From an uncultured Prolixibacteraceae bacterium (GTDB lineage Bacteria > Bacteroidota > Bacteroidia > Bacteroidales > FEN-979), in the NCBI GenBank assembly GCA_964473485.1, contig CAYYPH010000002.1:59143-123142 (forward strand): a stretch of DNA of 64,000 nt. The letters are read 5' to 3'. The notes under the pieces were generated by a model. The model saw only the letters and a list, made by a program, of their open reading frames with translations, was not told where the DNA came from and did no database searches. Both the position numbers and the translations under genes were made by a program. Below, in pieces: positions 37,806 through 47,997 of this stretch. Position 1 is the first letter of the stretch. Each line of letters starts with the position of its first letter.

Positions 37806-39266
37806 TTGATTTCACGGGGTTTCTTCAAATCATCGGTCATATACTCGGTCGTCGGAGCCCTTCCCTACGCATCGGGTTTCTTGCTGCTCCCCTGGTTCAC
37901 CGCCTTACTTACCCCTGAACAGTTCGGTATCAATGCCCTGTATATCGCACTGATGTATTTCATCCAGATCCTCACCTCGTTTGGGATGGACATGTCGGTT
38001 GGGGTTCTCTATTTCGATTACCGCGACCAGAAAGAGAAGCTGAAGGAGTTCCTGGGTACCGCGTTTATCTCCATTGCCATGCTTGGAACCGCCACCCTAC
38101 TGCTGTTCACCATGGGCGGCATGAGCCTTTTCAACCTGGTTTTCAAATCCTCCGACTTTCTTGAACTTATCCCTTTCGGGATGTTCACCATTCTTTCAGG
38201 GGTTATGAACAGCATCTTCAAGGTCTATTCCAACCTTTTGATCAACCAGCAACGGCCGGGCCGGTTTCTGTGGATCAACCTGGTGAACTTTGCACTCACC
38301 ATCTCGCTTTCGTTGCTGATCCTTTACCAATTTCCATATACCCTTTACGGACCGATTCTTGGCCGCCTTTTGCCGGCCATTGTCTCGGCAACCTTATCAC
38401 TGGCGCTCATCGGTAGCGAGTACGGTCTCAACTGGAACCGGACCTATCTGAAAAAATTGTTCGAATACAGCACCCCCATCATGATCTATGCCCTGCTCAC
38501 TTGGGTGATCAGCTACATCGACAGGTTCCTGATCCTCCGGTTCATGGGTGATGCAACAAAAGTGGGCATTTACGATATCGCGGTGAAGATAGTTATCGGC
38601 CTCGACCTGATCATGGCCGGGCTTGTCAACACGGTGAATCCAAAGGCCTACAGCATATGGAAAGCACGAGGTATCAGCGAAACCACCCCTGAGATCAACC
38701 GTTACTACAACGGGATAACCGCATTTTTCCTGCTCCTGATCCCGCTGTTCGTGCTGCTTACCCCGGTCCTGATCCCGCTGGTCATTTTCAAACCCCTGTA
38801 TTACGAGGCGTTCGTTTTCCTGCCAATACTTGCAGCAGGTTACCTGACCAGGGTTTGGTTCTATATGTACATGGCCCCGATCCTTTTTTTCAGGAAGACC
38901 AGCGCGCTGCCCCGCGTATTTCTCATCAGCGCGGTGTTCAATATATTACTTGCAGCCCTCATGATCCATTTCTTCGGACTGATGGGAGCGGTGGTGACAA
39001 ATTTCCTGGTCAAACCGGTTCAGGCCCTGCTGATGTACCTTGAGTGCCGGAAAATCTATACGTTCAGGGTTAACAGATTTAAAATCTATCTCGCACCTGC
39101 CATCTATATAGTAATAGCGATCCTCTGTCAGCTCTTTATCCCGGGCCACCTGTGGATTTACACTGGTTTAGGTCAGCTCGCTGTTGCATTCATTCTGGTG
39201 TTCGTGGCTTTCAGAAATGAGATCAAGCCATTCCTCTTGATGCTCCGGGCAGGCAAAACAGGCTGA
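37806..39266 (+). CDS. polysaccharide/oligosaccharide flippase (Wzx-like, MOP superfamily)
   Basis: About 12-14 predicted TM helices; last gene of the sugar-nucleotide/GT cluster. Confidence 0.75.
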   Translation: MISRGFFKSSVIYSVVGALPYASGFLLLPWFTALLTPEQFGINALYIALMYFIQILTSFGMDMSVGVLYFDYRDQKEKLKEFLGTAFISIAMLGTATLLLFTMGGMSLFNLVFKSSDFLELIPFGMFTILSGVMNSIFKVYSNLLINQQRPGRFLWINLVNFALTISLSLLILYQFPYTLYGPILGRLLPAIVSATLSLALIGSEYGLNWNRTYLKKLFEYSTPIMIYALLTWVISYIDRFLILRFMGDATKVGIYDIAVKIVIGLDLIMAGLVNTVNPKAYSIWKARGISETTPEINRYYNGITAFFLLLIPLFVLLTPVLIPLVIFKPLYYEAFVFLPILAAGYLTRVWFYMYMAPILFFRKTSALPRVFLISAVFNILLAALMIHFFGLMGAVVTNFLVKPVQALLMYLECRKIYTFRVNRFKIYLAPAIYIVIAILCQLFIPGHLWIYTGLGQLAVAFILVFVAFRNEIKPFLLMLRAGKTG

Positions 39267-39286
39267 ATGGCTATGACCGGACAGGC

Positions 39287-40228
39287 TCAGGTTTTCCGGG
39301 CCGTCATGATCGATGCATTCAGTTCAAATCCCACAAGCAGGCTGATGGCATTGATGTATATCCAGATGAGAACGATCATCAGGGTGCCGAGTGATCCGTA
39401 AAAGGCATTGTAAGTGGAAAAGTTATCGACATAAAAGTTGAACCCAAGGGTCGTAATGACGATCAGAATGGTAGCGAGCATTGATCCTGCCGAGATGAAC
39501 CGGAAATGTTTCCGGCGAACCGGAGCCAGATAGAAGAGTGAAGAAACAGCCATCAGCAACAAACCGATCACGATCAGCCACCGCAGGATCTCCAGGATGA
39601 TCAGAATAAACAAGCTGTTTTCAAGCGAAGCCGGCAGTAACCATATCAGCAGGGTAGGACCTAAGGTGATAAGCACCACGGTAAGGATAAGCAGGAAGCT
39701 GATAATGAAAACGATGAACAACGATATCAGGTATTGCCTGAACATCGACCGGGTCTCTAAAGTGTGATAGGTATTATTGAAGGCTTCGATCAGGCTGTTG
39801 GCCCCGCTGGTTGAAAAATAGAGCGTAAGTATCAGGTTGAAGATCAAAAGGCTGCTCCTGGGCCGTGTAATAATATCTACGATGGTCTCCTTAACCGATT
39901 CATAGGCGAGTGAAGGCATGAATTCACGGATGATTTCGAGGAGAGATTGCTGAAAATTACTGATGGGAATAAACGGGATAATAGTAAAGAGGAAGATAAG
40001 AAAAGGAAAGATGGCAAGGAACATCGAATAGGATATCGCTGCAGCCCTGGTGGTGATGTACCCTTCCATCAGTCCCCTGATGAAGAAAACCCCCACATCA
40101 TAAAGCGGTATTCCCTGAAATCCGGGCAGTACGACTTTCCGCGTACCTTTGATCAGCATGGCCAGGGGCCACCATGCCAGGATTCGATCTAAAAACTCGT
40201 TGTCTTTCCCTTTGTCCATGGTGGGCAA
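39287..40228 (-). CDS. YihY/BrkB-family membrane protein
   Basis: Polytopic protein with the AAAISYSMFLAIFPFLIFL motif typical of YihY. Confidence 0.8.
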   Translation of the reverse strand: MPTMDKGKDNEFLDRILAWWPLAMLIKGTRKVVLPGFQGIPLYDVGVFFIRGLMEGYITTRAAAISYSMFLAIFPFLIFLFTIIPFIPISNFQQSLLEIIREFMPSLAYESVKETIVDIITRPRSSLLIFNLILTLYFSTSGANSLIEAFNNTYHTLETRSMFRQYLISLFIVFIISFLLILTVVLITLGPTLLIWLLPASLENSLFILIILEILRWLIVIGLLLMAVSSLFYLAPVRRKHFRFISAGSMLATILIVITTLGFNFYVDNFSTYNAFYGSLGTLMIVLIWIYINAISLLVGFELNASIMTARKT

Positions 40229-40301
40229 TTTCGTCGTGGTTTAAATCCGGTTTCCTGTTGCGTTGTCTGGCGATGGTGGCTTGTCGGTCAAACGCCATGT
40301 G

Positions 40302-41135
40302 TCACATGGCTTTGAGACTGAGGTCGAGGCTTTTGATCTGATGGGTCAGCGCCCCGATGGATATGTAGTCGACCCCGGTTTCGGCGTACTCCCTCACATT
40401 GAGCTCAGTGATCTTCCCGCTGGCTTCCGTTTCAAACCGGTGATCGATCATACCGATGGCGGTTCGCAGGTCATTCACGGAGAAATTATCCAGCATGATC
40501 CTGTTAATCCCGCCATGGTTGAGAACCATCTGAAGCTCGTTGAAATTCCTTACTTCTATCTCAATGTTCAGCGTCATGTTTTTCGATTCAAGATAGCGGT
40601 GTGTTGCATCAATGGCTTTTTCTATGCCTCCCGCATAATCGATGTGATTGTCCTTTATCATGATCATGTCGTAAAGGCCCATCCGGTGGTTTTCGCCTCC
40701 TCCCGTCCGCACGGCGTATTTCTCCAGTTCCCTGAGCAGCGGGGTGGTTTTGCGGGTATCCAGAACACGGGTGTGCAAACCTTCCAGTTTTCTGACAATC
40801 CGATGGGTGGCCGTGGCGATCCCGCTTAGCCGTTGCATAAAATTCAACACCAGGCGTTCGCATTTGAGAATGGAGATCTTGCGCCCGGTTACGGTAAATA
40901 TCACCTCTCCCTTGTGCACAAGGGCGCCGTCTTCAATAAAACTGCTCATCTGGAGATCAGGATCAACCGTGTGAAAGATCCGTTCGGCAAGGTCGCAACC
41001 GCAGATGATCCCCTCCTCTTTTACGAGCAGCTTGGCCCTCCCAGGCGAATTCGCCGGTATCGTAGCCAATGAGGTGTGGTCTCCGTTACCAAGGTCTTCA
41101 GACAGGGCTTTGGTGATGATCTCTTCCAGATTCAT
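40302..41135 (-). CDS. nadC: nicotinate-nucleotide pyrophosphorylase (carboxylating)
   Basis: DTRKTTP, MIKDNH and MLDNF motifs. Confidence 0.93.
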   Translation of the reverse strand: MNLEEIITKALSEDLGNGDHTSLATIPANSPGRAKLLVKEEGIICGCDLAERIFHTVDPDLQMSSFIEDGALVHKGEVIFTVTGRKISILKCERLVLNFMQRLSGIATATHRIVRKLEGLHTRVLDTRKTTPLLRELEKYAVRTGGGENHRMGLYDMIMIKDNHIDYAGGIEKAIDATHRYLESKNMTLNIEIEVRNFNELQMVLNHGGINRIMLDNFSVNDLRTAIGMIDHRFETEASGKITELNVREYAETGVDYISIGALTHQIKSLDLSLKAM

Positions 41136-41167
41136 AAGTGATTGGTTTTGATTATTCCGACAGCTGA

Positions 41168-41566
41168 TTATTCAACGATTCTGAACTGATAAATCAGATT
41201 TTTATCACCTCTTGCCCGGTAACGCACCGAAAGGGTGAACCGTTTCTTCGATGTGTCCAGTGTCCCTGCAAAATATTCTGATCCGTCATCTGCCGTTCCG
41301 TTCCGTTCGATCCTGAAATTCTTCACCGTGTTTTGTTCGAAAAATGACTGTAATATCCTTGTTGCCTGGGCTTTGCTGCAGGTCGCTGAATTTCCCGGTA
41401 TCGCAAGGTCAACCATTACATCGAAATCGCCCGCTATACCTTTTACATCGGCCGATTTTATCATACTTGCCAGTTTCTCCCGGAATCCATCCGGCTGGTT
41501 ATTTGAACCGGCCGCGATCGCCTGGAGTGTTAGCACAAGGAGCAGAAAACTAAACTTCCGGATCAT
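41168..41566 (-). CDS. secreted small protein, DUF4783-like
   Basis: Signal peptide plus the SKAQATRILQSFF pattern. Recalled from memory as a Bacteroidetes family that often neighbours nadC/rlmH. Confidence 0.5.
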   Translation of the reverse strand: MIRKFSFLLLVLTLQAIAAGSNNQPDGFREKLASMIKSADVKGIAGDFDVMVDLAIPGNSATCSKAQATRILQSFFEQNTVKNFRIERNGTADDGSEYFAGTLDTSKKRFTLSVRYRARGDKNLIYQFRIVE

Positions 41567-41690
41567 ATTTTGTTCATGGTTTTAGCAGCAGGATACCCGG
41601 ATTCTGAGTGGTCTTTCGTCGCCAGGTTGCATGCGGCAATTTACAAACATACTACTTTTCCCCGGTTTTTTTTCATCTTTGCAACGAATT

Positions 41691-42164
41691 ATGAAGATCA
41701 GGCTCATTGTCGTCGGTAAAACCGAGGAGGAGTTCCTCAGGACCGGAATCCGTGAATATACCGGTCGTGTCAACCGGTATGTGCCATTCGTGATTACCGA
41801 AATACCTGCCTTACGCGGTGCCAGTGCCTTGTCGCAGCCCGAACAGGTGAAGAAAGAGGGTGAGTTACTGGCCAGGCAGCTGCAGCCCGGCGATATTGTG
41901 GTGGTGCTCGACGAACGAGGGCGCGAAATGCGATCCTCCGAATTTGCCGGATTTCTGAACCGCCAGTTCCTTTCCGGATCAAAGCAACTGGTTTTCATTA
42001 TTGGTGGTCCGTTCGGTTTCGATGAAGAGATAAAAAAGAAAGCCTCCGTTATACTTTCCCTGTCACGCATGACATTTTCCCATCAAATGGTCAGGCTCTT
42101 TTTTACCGAGCAGCTATACCGGGCCCTGACTATCCTCCGCGGAGAGTCCTATCATCATGAATGA
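41691..42164 (+). CDS. rlmH: 23S rRNA (pseudouridine1915-N3)-methyltransferase RlmH
   Basis: MKIRLIVVGKT...IIGGPFGF SPOUT motifs. ATG 41691 is preferred over the track start 41631. Confidence 0.93.
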   Translation: MKIRLIVVGKTEEEFLRTGIREYTGRVNRYVPFVITEIPALRGASALSQPEQVKKEGELLARQLQPGDIVVVLDERGREMRSSEFAGFLNRQFLSGSKQLVFIIGGPFGFDEEIKKKASVILSLSRMTFSHQMVRLFFTEQLYRALTILRGESYHHE

Positions 42165-42250
42165 CCCGCCCTTTTTACCGTTAACACTTTTTTAACGCAA
42201 AGGTTAACAAATATTAACAGGCAGGCGTTTACGGTGTTTTTTTCATTTTA

Positions 42251-42258
42251 TAAATTTG
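42251..42258 (+). promoter_or_regulatory. -7 box TAAATTTG for the Bat operon
   Basis: TAnnTTTG, 23 nt upstream of ATG 42281. A TTTA lies ~19 nt further upstream. Confidence 0.4.
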
Positions 42259-42280
42259 CAAACTCAAAAATTGAATTGAT

Positions 42281-43273
42281 ATGGTTGAAACCGATATTAA
42301 AGAATTAAACGAACGGATACAGAAAGAGAGTGCGTTCGTTGACCTTGTCACGATGGAGATGCACAAGGTGATCATTGGCCAGAAACAGATGATCGAAAGG
42401 CTGCTGATCGGATTGCTGGCCGATGGCCACATCCTCCTCGAGGGCGTTCCCGGCCTGGCGAAAACACTGGCCATAAAATCGCTGGCAAGCTGTATCGACG
42501 CCCGTTTCAGCAGGATCCAGTTCACCCCCGATCTCCTCCCGGCCGACCTTATTGGCACGTTGATCTACAGCCAGAAAAAAGAGGAATTTTCTGTCAGAAA
42601 AGGCCCCATTTTTGCCAACTTCATCCTGGCCGACGAAATAAACAGAAGCCCGGCTAAAGTGCAGAGCGCATTGCTCGAAGCCATGCAGGAACGTCAGGTC
42701 ACTATCGGTGATGAAACCTTTGCCCTGCCTGACCCTTTCCTCGTGCTGGCAACTGAGAACCCGATCGAACAGGAAGGGACCTATCCGTTGCCCGAAGCGC
42801 AGGTCGACCGATTCATGCTCAAAGTGGTTATCAGTTATCCGGAGAAAAAGGAAGAAAAGCTGATCATCAGGCAGAACATGGGAAATGAATCCCGTAAAAC
42901 GAATACCGTCATCCGGCCCGAAGATATTCTCAGGGCCAGATCCGTGGTAAGAGAGGTTTACCTGGATGAGAAAATCGAAAACTATATCACCGACATTGTC
43001 TTTGCCAGCCGTTTCCCCGGCGAATACCGGTTGAAAAAATTCGAAGGACTGATCAGCTATGGCGGTTCGCCCCGCGCCAGCATCTACCTTGCCCTTGCTG
43101 CCAAAGCCTATGCATTTATTAAACGTCGCGGTTATGTGATTCCCGAGGATATCAGGGCTGTGGCTCATGATGTGCTGCGTCACCGCATCGGGCTTACCTA
43201 CGAAGCCGAAGCCGAGAATATTACCAGCGAAGACATTATCAACGAGATCCTTAACACTGTTGAAGTACCGTAA
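42281..43273 (+). CDS. moxR: MoxR-family AAA+ ATPase
   Basis: Walker A GVPGLAKT, Walker B ILADEINR, and the C-terminal MoxR lid region. Confidence 0.93.
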   Translation: MVETDIKELNERIQKESAFVDLVTMEMHKVIIGQKQMIERLLIGLLADGHILLEGVPGLAKTLAIKSLASCIDARFSRIQFTPDLLPADLIGTLIYSQKKEEFSVRKGPIFANFILADEINRSPAKVQSALLEAMQERQVTIGDETFALPDPFLVLATENPIEQEGTYPLPEAQVDRFMLKVVISYPEKKEEKLIIRQNMGNESRKTNTVIRPEDILRARSVVREVYLDEKIENYITDIVFASRFPGEYRLKKFEGLISYGGSPRASIYLALAAKAYAFIKRRGYVIPEDIRAVAHDVLRHRIGLTYEAEAENITSEDIINEILNTVEVP

Positions 43274-44148
43274 TGGAGAGTACCGAACTGTTCAAAAAGG
43301 TCAGAAAGATCGAGATCAAAACCCGGGGTTTGAGCAATCAAATCTTCTCGGGCCAGTACCATTCCGTTTTTAAGGGAAAGGGAATGGCCTTCTCAGAGGT
43401 CAGGGAGTATCTGCCAGGTGATGATATCCGCAACATCGACTGGAATGTAACAGCCCGGTTCAACCATCCCTATGTAAAGGTTTTTGACGAGGAGCGTGAA
43501 CTTACCGTGATGCTGCTGATCGATGTCAGCGCGTCGAACCAGTTCGGAACCAACAAAGCACTTAAACAGGAACTGATCACCGAGATAGCGGCGGTGCTGG
43601 CTTTCAGCGCCATTCAGAACAATGACAAGGTGGGGGTGATATTTTTCAGCCGGCATGTAGAAAAGTTCATCCCCCCCAAGAAGGGAACCTCGCATATTCT
43701 CAGAATCATCCGCGAGCTGATAGAATTCCGGCCTGCCGAGCAGGGAACCAACCTTACCGAACCGTTACGCTATCTAACCAATGCCATCAAGAAGCGTTGC
43801 ACGGCATTTCTGCTCAGCGATTTTATCGACCGTGATTTCGAGGATGCCATCAAGATTGCCAACAAAAAACACGACCTCATTGCTGTCAGGGTGTTTGATA
43901 AGCGAGAAACGGAGCTGCCATCGGTGGGACTCATCAGGGCAACCGATGCAGAAACGGGCAGGCAACTGTGGATCGACTCATCCGATGCAGGAGTGCGCAG
44001 GCATTATCAGTTCTGGTACAACAGGCACCAGGATTACCTTTCCGACACCTTCCTGCGAAGCGGGGTTGATGCGGTAGCCGTGGCCACCGGTGAGGATTAC
44101 ATCAAGCCTATGATGAAACTGTTCAAAAAACGGGGAGCAAGGAGATAA
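43273..44148 (+). CDS. DUF58 protein (MoxR partner)
   Basis: REYxPGDDIRxIDW motif (REYLPGDDIRNIDWN). Confidence 0.9.
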   Translation: MESTELFKKVRKIEIKTRGLSNQIFSGQYHSVFKGKGMAFSEVREYLPGDDIRNIDWNVTARFNHPYVKVFDEERELTVMLLIDVSASNQFGTNKALKQELITEIAAVLAFSAIQNNDKVGVIFFSRHVEKFIPPKKGTSHILRIIRELIEFRPAEQGTNLTEPLRYLTNAIKKRCTAFLLSDFIDRDFEDAIKIANKKHDLIAVRVFDKRETELPSVGLIRATDAETGRQLWIDSSDAGVRRHYQFWYNRHQDYLSDTFLRSGVDAVAVATGEDYIKPMMKLFKKRGARR

Positions 44149-44162
44149 ATTTTATTGATTTC

Positions 44163-45200
44163 ATGATTTGCCACGCATCAATATCAGCTAACTTGAAAAG
44201 AACGAAAGGTTCAGGGTTCCGTAACACCGGTTCACCGCTGCACAGTATTTTTGCTATCCGGGTGGTGGTGATCACACTTTTTATCCTTGCAACCGGTTTC
44301 CGGATCCTGAACGCTCAGCAGGTCACGGTTTCGGCACGGCTCGATACCAATGCCATGCTGATCGGCGACCATGTCGGGTTCCGCCTCCAGTTTTCAGGTC
44401 CGCCCCAGGCCCGAGTTATCTGGCCTTTTATGCCCGATACCATACTTGGAAACATCAATGTGATCGGCAGGGGTAAACTCGATACCACCTGGACTGCCGA
44501 TAAGAAGGGGATGACACTTTCGCAGGAATTCACCATCACCAGCTTCGATTCAGGATTTTATACCATTCCCCCGATCACTTTTGGCTACCGCATTGCGCCC
44601 GATACCAGTCTTCTTGAATCCACCAGCCAGTTGCTGACCCTGATGGTTCACACCATAAAGGTAGACACCACCCAGGCTATCAAACCGATCGCCGGGCCGC
44701 TCAGGGTTCCCATCACCTTCAGGGAGATCCTACCGTGGATCCTGCTCGCAGCCGGAGCCATCGCATTGGTCATTGCCGGGGTGTGGTTTTACCTGCGCCG
44801 CAAAAAGAACAAGCCAGTCTTCCAGCTTAAGCCCGCTGTGGTTTTGCTGCCCCATGAGATCGCACTGAGAGAGATGGAACAACTACGGGTTAAAAAGCTG
44901 TGGCAATCAGGAAAGATCAAGGAGTATTATTCTGAACTTACGGAGATCATCCGCCGCTATATCGAGAACAGGTTCGGGGTGCAGGCCCTTGAACAAACGA
45001 GCACAGAGATACTGGATAGTCTCCGTGAGTTGGAGAACTGCCCGCGACCGGTCACTGAAAAACTGGCCCCCATGCTGATATTGGCCGACATGGTGAAATT
45101 TGCCAAGGCCCAGCCACTGCCGGTTGACAATGAACAAAGCCTGAACACCGGGATCGAATTTGTTTATGAAACCACCGGCAGTTCATCATCAACGACATAG
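44163..45200 (+). CDS. Bat-operon membrane protein (BatD-like N-terminal region, one TM helix, DUF4381-like C-terminus)
   Basis: Position between DUF58 and batA. TM helix ILPWILLAAGAIALVIAGVWFYL. The start is uncertain. Confidence 0.55.
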   Translation: MICHASISANLKRTKGSGFRNTGSPLHSIFAIRVVVITLFILATGFRILNAQQVTVSARLDTNAMLIGDHVGFRLQFSGPPQARVIWPFMPDTILGNINVIGRGKLDTTWTADKKGMTLSQEFTITSFDSGFYTIPPITFGYRIAPDTSLLESTSQLLTLMVHTIKVDTTQAIKPIAGPLRVPITFREILPWILLAAGAIALVIAGVWFYLRRKKNKPVFQLKPAVVLLPHEIALREMEQLRVKKLWQSGKIKEYYSELTEIIRRYIENRFGVQALEQTSTEILDSLRELENCPRPVTEKLAPMLILADMVKFAKAQPLPVDNEQSLNTGIEFVYETTGSSSSTT

Positions 45201-45251
45201 CTTATCTGAACATTGTTTTTAACTTTTGAATTTGAATTTTGACGGTCCATC

Positions 45252-46247
45252 ATGTTTAAGTCCCTGACATTCGCAAATCCCGAGTTTCTGTTTCTACTGG
45301 TCATCATACCCGGCCTTGTGGCATGGTATTTCTACCGGCGTACCAGGAACCATGCCAGCCTTCAGCTCAGCAGCCTGCAGGGATTTGCCAACCTGGGAAA
45401 AAACCTGAAGGTCGTCGTTTATCACTCACTGTATGTACTGAGGCTGCTGGCCATCATCCTGCTGATCATAGCCCTTGCACGTCCGCAGACCAGCCTCAGC
45501 CGGCAGGACATTACCGTTGAGGGGATCGACCTCATGATCGCCCTCGACGTCAGCGGTTCCATGCTGGCGATGGATTTTAAGCCCGACCGGCTGGAGGCAG
45601 CCAAGGACGTGGCGATTGAGTTCATCGACGGCCGGCCCGACGACCGTATCGGATTGGTCATTTTCAGCGGAGAGACATTTACACAGTGCCCTTTGACAAC
45701 CGACCACGCTGTATTGAAAAATCTCTTCAGGGATATTAAGAGCGGCATGATCGACGACGGAACAGCACTCGGAGATGGACTGGCCACCGCCGTTAACCGG
45801 CTCAGGGACAGCAAGGCGGTCAGCAAAGTGATCATCCTCCTTACCGACGGGGTGAATAACATGGGTTCGCTGGATCCGAGATCGGCTGCCGAGATAGCGA
45901 AATTGTACGGGATCAGAATCTACACCATCGGTATCGGTACCATGGGACAGGCTCCTTACCCCGTGCAAACGCCCTTCGGTATGCAGACCCAGATGATGGA
46001 AGTCAAGATCGATGAACCGCTGATGCGCGAAATTGCGGCGATGACCGATGGAAAGTATTTTCGTGCCACGAATAAAGATAAACTGCGGGCGATCTACCAG
46101 GAAATCGATAAAATGGAAAAATCAAAGATCGATGTAACCGAGTTCAGGAAGAAAAAAGATGAATTTCTTCCCCTCGTGCTGTTTGCGTTCATTCTTATCG
46201 CCCTCGAAGGTTTACTCCGCTATGTATACCTAAAAAATATCCCATAG
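45252..46247 (+). CDS. batA: BatA (TM + von Willebrand A domain)
   Basis: FANPEFLFLLVIIP N-terminus and VWA MIDAS motif DVSGSM. Confidence 0.88.
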   Translation: MFKSLTFANPEFLFLLVIIPGLVAWYFYRRTRNHASLQLSSLQGFANLGKNLKVVVYHSLYVLRLLAIILLIIALARPQTSLSRQDITVEGIDLMIALDVSGSMLAMDFKPDRLEAAKDVAIEFIDGRPDDRIGLVIFSGETFTQCPLTTDHAVLKNLFRDIKSGMIDDGTALGDGLATAVNRLRDSKAVSKVIILLTDGVNNMGSLDPRSAAEIAKLYGIRIYTIGIGTMGQAPYPVQTPFGMQTQMMEVKIDEPLMREIAAMTDGKYFRATNKDKLRAIYQEIDKMEKSKIDVTEFRKKKDEFLPLVLFAFILIALEGLLRYVYLKNIP

Positions 46248-46302
46248 ACGTAAATATTGTATTTGAAAAACTAAATTAAACCACCATTAAAATCAATTTG
46301 CT

Positions 46303-47997
46303 TTGTTCAGGTTCGCACATACCTATTATTTTTACCTGTTCGCGCTGATTCCTTTATTCACCCTGCTTTTCTTCTATTTCATGATATGGAGGAAGCGGGC
46401 TGCGATGCGGTTTGGCGACTGGAATATAACCAGGCAGCTTGTTCCGGACTACTCATTCCGGAAACCGGTCGTTAAGTTTGTCGGATTGATGATGGTCATG
46501 GCCTTGCTTATCCTCTCGCTGGCCAACCCGCAAACAGGATCCAGGCTCGAAAAAGTCAAGCGCAAGGGCATCGACCTGATGATCTGCCTGGATGTTTCAA
46601 ATTCCATGATGGCTCAGGATATCAAACCAGACCGCCTCGAAAGAGCCAAGCAGGCTATCACCCGCCTCATCGACAACCTGGATGGCGACCGCATCGGTAT
46701 TATCGTCTTTGCCGGAAAAGCTTACACCCAGCTTCCCATAACCACCGATTACGCGGCCGCGAAAATGTTCATTTCCACCATAAGTCCCGGCATTGTTCCG
46801 GTGCAGGGAACAGCCATTGCCCAGGCCATCGAAACGGCCTCCGGATCATTTGGCGAATCGAAGCACAACAAGGCTATCATCGTAATCACCGATGGCGAAG
46901 ATCATGAGGGAAGTGTGCTGGAGCAGACCGAAGCAGCGGTGCAGAAAGGGATCGTGATCTATACCATCGGTATGGGATTGCCCGAAGGTGTCCCGATACC
47001 CGTGTACAATGGAAATGTGCAGATCGGTTATAAGAAAGATGAAAATGGTCAGACAGTGATGAGCAAACTCGATGAAACACTCCTGCAGCGTGTTGCAAGC
47101 GTAGGCAAAGGAATGTACGTCAGGGCCACGACTTCCGAAACGGGATTGAACAAGGTCTTCGACGACATTGCCAGGATCCAGAAAAGTGAGATTGAAGAAA
47201 AACAATTCAGCGATTATGAGAGCAGGTTCCAGTACTTTACAGGTCTGGCCTTACTGATCCTTTTGCTGGATCTGTTTATTTTTGAACGGAAGACCAGGTG
47301 GCTGAGACGATTCCGCCCTTTCGAGAAGACTTTGGTTGTCCTTCTCCTGCTCATCATATCTCCGCAGGTATTTGCTCAGAAGGAAAACACCCTGCTCCGG
47401 AAAGGGAATGCACGATTTGAGAAAGGAGATTATAAAGAAGCCGAAAAGGATTACCGCAAAGCACTGGAAATTAACAAGGAAAGCCTTCCGGGTCAGTTTA
47501 ATCTCGGTACGGCAGTATACAGAAACAATAACTTTGACGAATCCATCAAATTATACGGCAATCTTGCCGACCGTAAAACCAGCAAGGATGTCCAGGCAAA
47601 GATCTATCACAACCTGGGTAATTCGCTGCTGCAGTCAAAGGAGTATGAAAAAAGTATTGCAGCTTACAAGAACTCCCTGATCAACGATCCTTCGAACCGC
47701 GATACAAAATATAACCTGGAATATGCCAGAATGATGCTGAAGCAGCAACAGCAGCAACAGCAAAACAAGGACAACCAGGACAAGAAAGATGATAAAAAGG
47801 ATCAGAAGCAGGATCAGAAACAGGACCAGCAGGATAACAAGAATCAGCAACAACCGCCGCAGGATCAGAAAAAGATCAGTAAGGACGATGCAGAACGGAT
47901 GCTGGAAGCATTGAAAAATGATGAAAAGAAAACAATGGACAAAGTGAAAAAGCAGAAGGCGAAAGTCCAGGTGGTTGGTGTGGAAAAAGATTGGTGA
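46303..47997 (+). CDS. batB/batC: BatB-BatC fusion (VWA + TPR + Q/K/D-rich tail)
   Basis: TTG start. VWA motif DVSNSM, a TM helix, a second signal-like helix (LVVLLLLIISPQVFAQ), TPR repeats, then a QQQQQQQNKDNQDKKDDKKDQ... tail. Confidence 0.85.
   Translation: MFRFAHTYYFYLFALIPLFTLLFFYFMIWRKRAAMRFGDWNITRQLVPDYSFRKPVVKFVGLMMVMALLILSLANPQTGSRLEKVKRKGIDLMICLDVSNSMMAQDIKPDRLERAKQAITRLIDNLDGDRIGIIVFAGKAYTQLPITTDYAAAKMFISTISPGIVPVQGTAIAQAIETASGSFGESKHNKAIIVITDGEDHEGSVLEQTEAAVQKGIVIYTIGMGLPEGVPIPVYNGNVQIGYKKDENGQTVMSKLDETLLQRVASVGKGMYVRATTSETGLNKVFDDIARIQKSEIEEKQFSDYESRFQYFTGLALLILLLDLFIFERKTRWLRRFRPFEKTLVVLLLLIISPQVFAQKENTLLRKGNARFEKGDYKEAEKDYRKALEINKESLPGQFNLGTAVYRNNNFDESIKLYGNLADRKTSKDVQAKIYHNLGNSLLQSKEYEKSIAAYKNSLINDPSNRDTKYNLEYARMMLKQQQQQQQNKDNQDKKDDKKDQKQDQKQDQQDNKNQQQPPQDQKKISKDDAERMLEALKNDEKKTMDKVKKQKAKVQVVGVEKDW

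Noticed and set aside
42305-43183. 292-aa ORF antisense to moxR. Similar long antisense ORFs: 35784-36623 (-), 48645-49415 (-), 7692-8420 (+), 6173-6919 (+), 12018-12641 (+), 14455-15072 (+), 8807-9451 (+), 59406-59885 (+).
   Set aside because: Each lies entirely opposite a gene with unmistakable family motifs. Their translations are low-complexity or R/G/P-rich with no motif. These are shadow ORFs typical of moderately GC-rich coding DNA.
47740-47870. CAG/AAG-rich DNA repeat in the Bat operon as a separate repeat element.
   Set aside because: It encodes the Q/K/D-rich tail characteristic of BatC-type proteins, so it is a coding low-complexity region.
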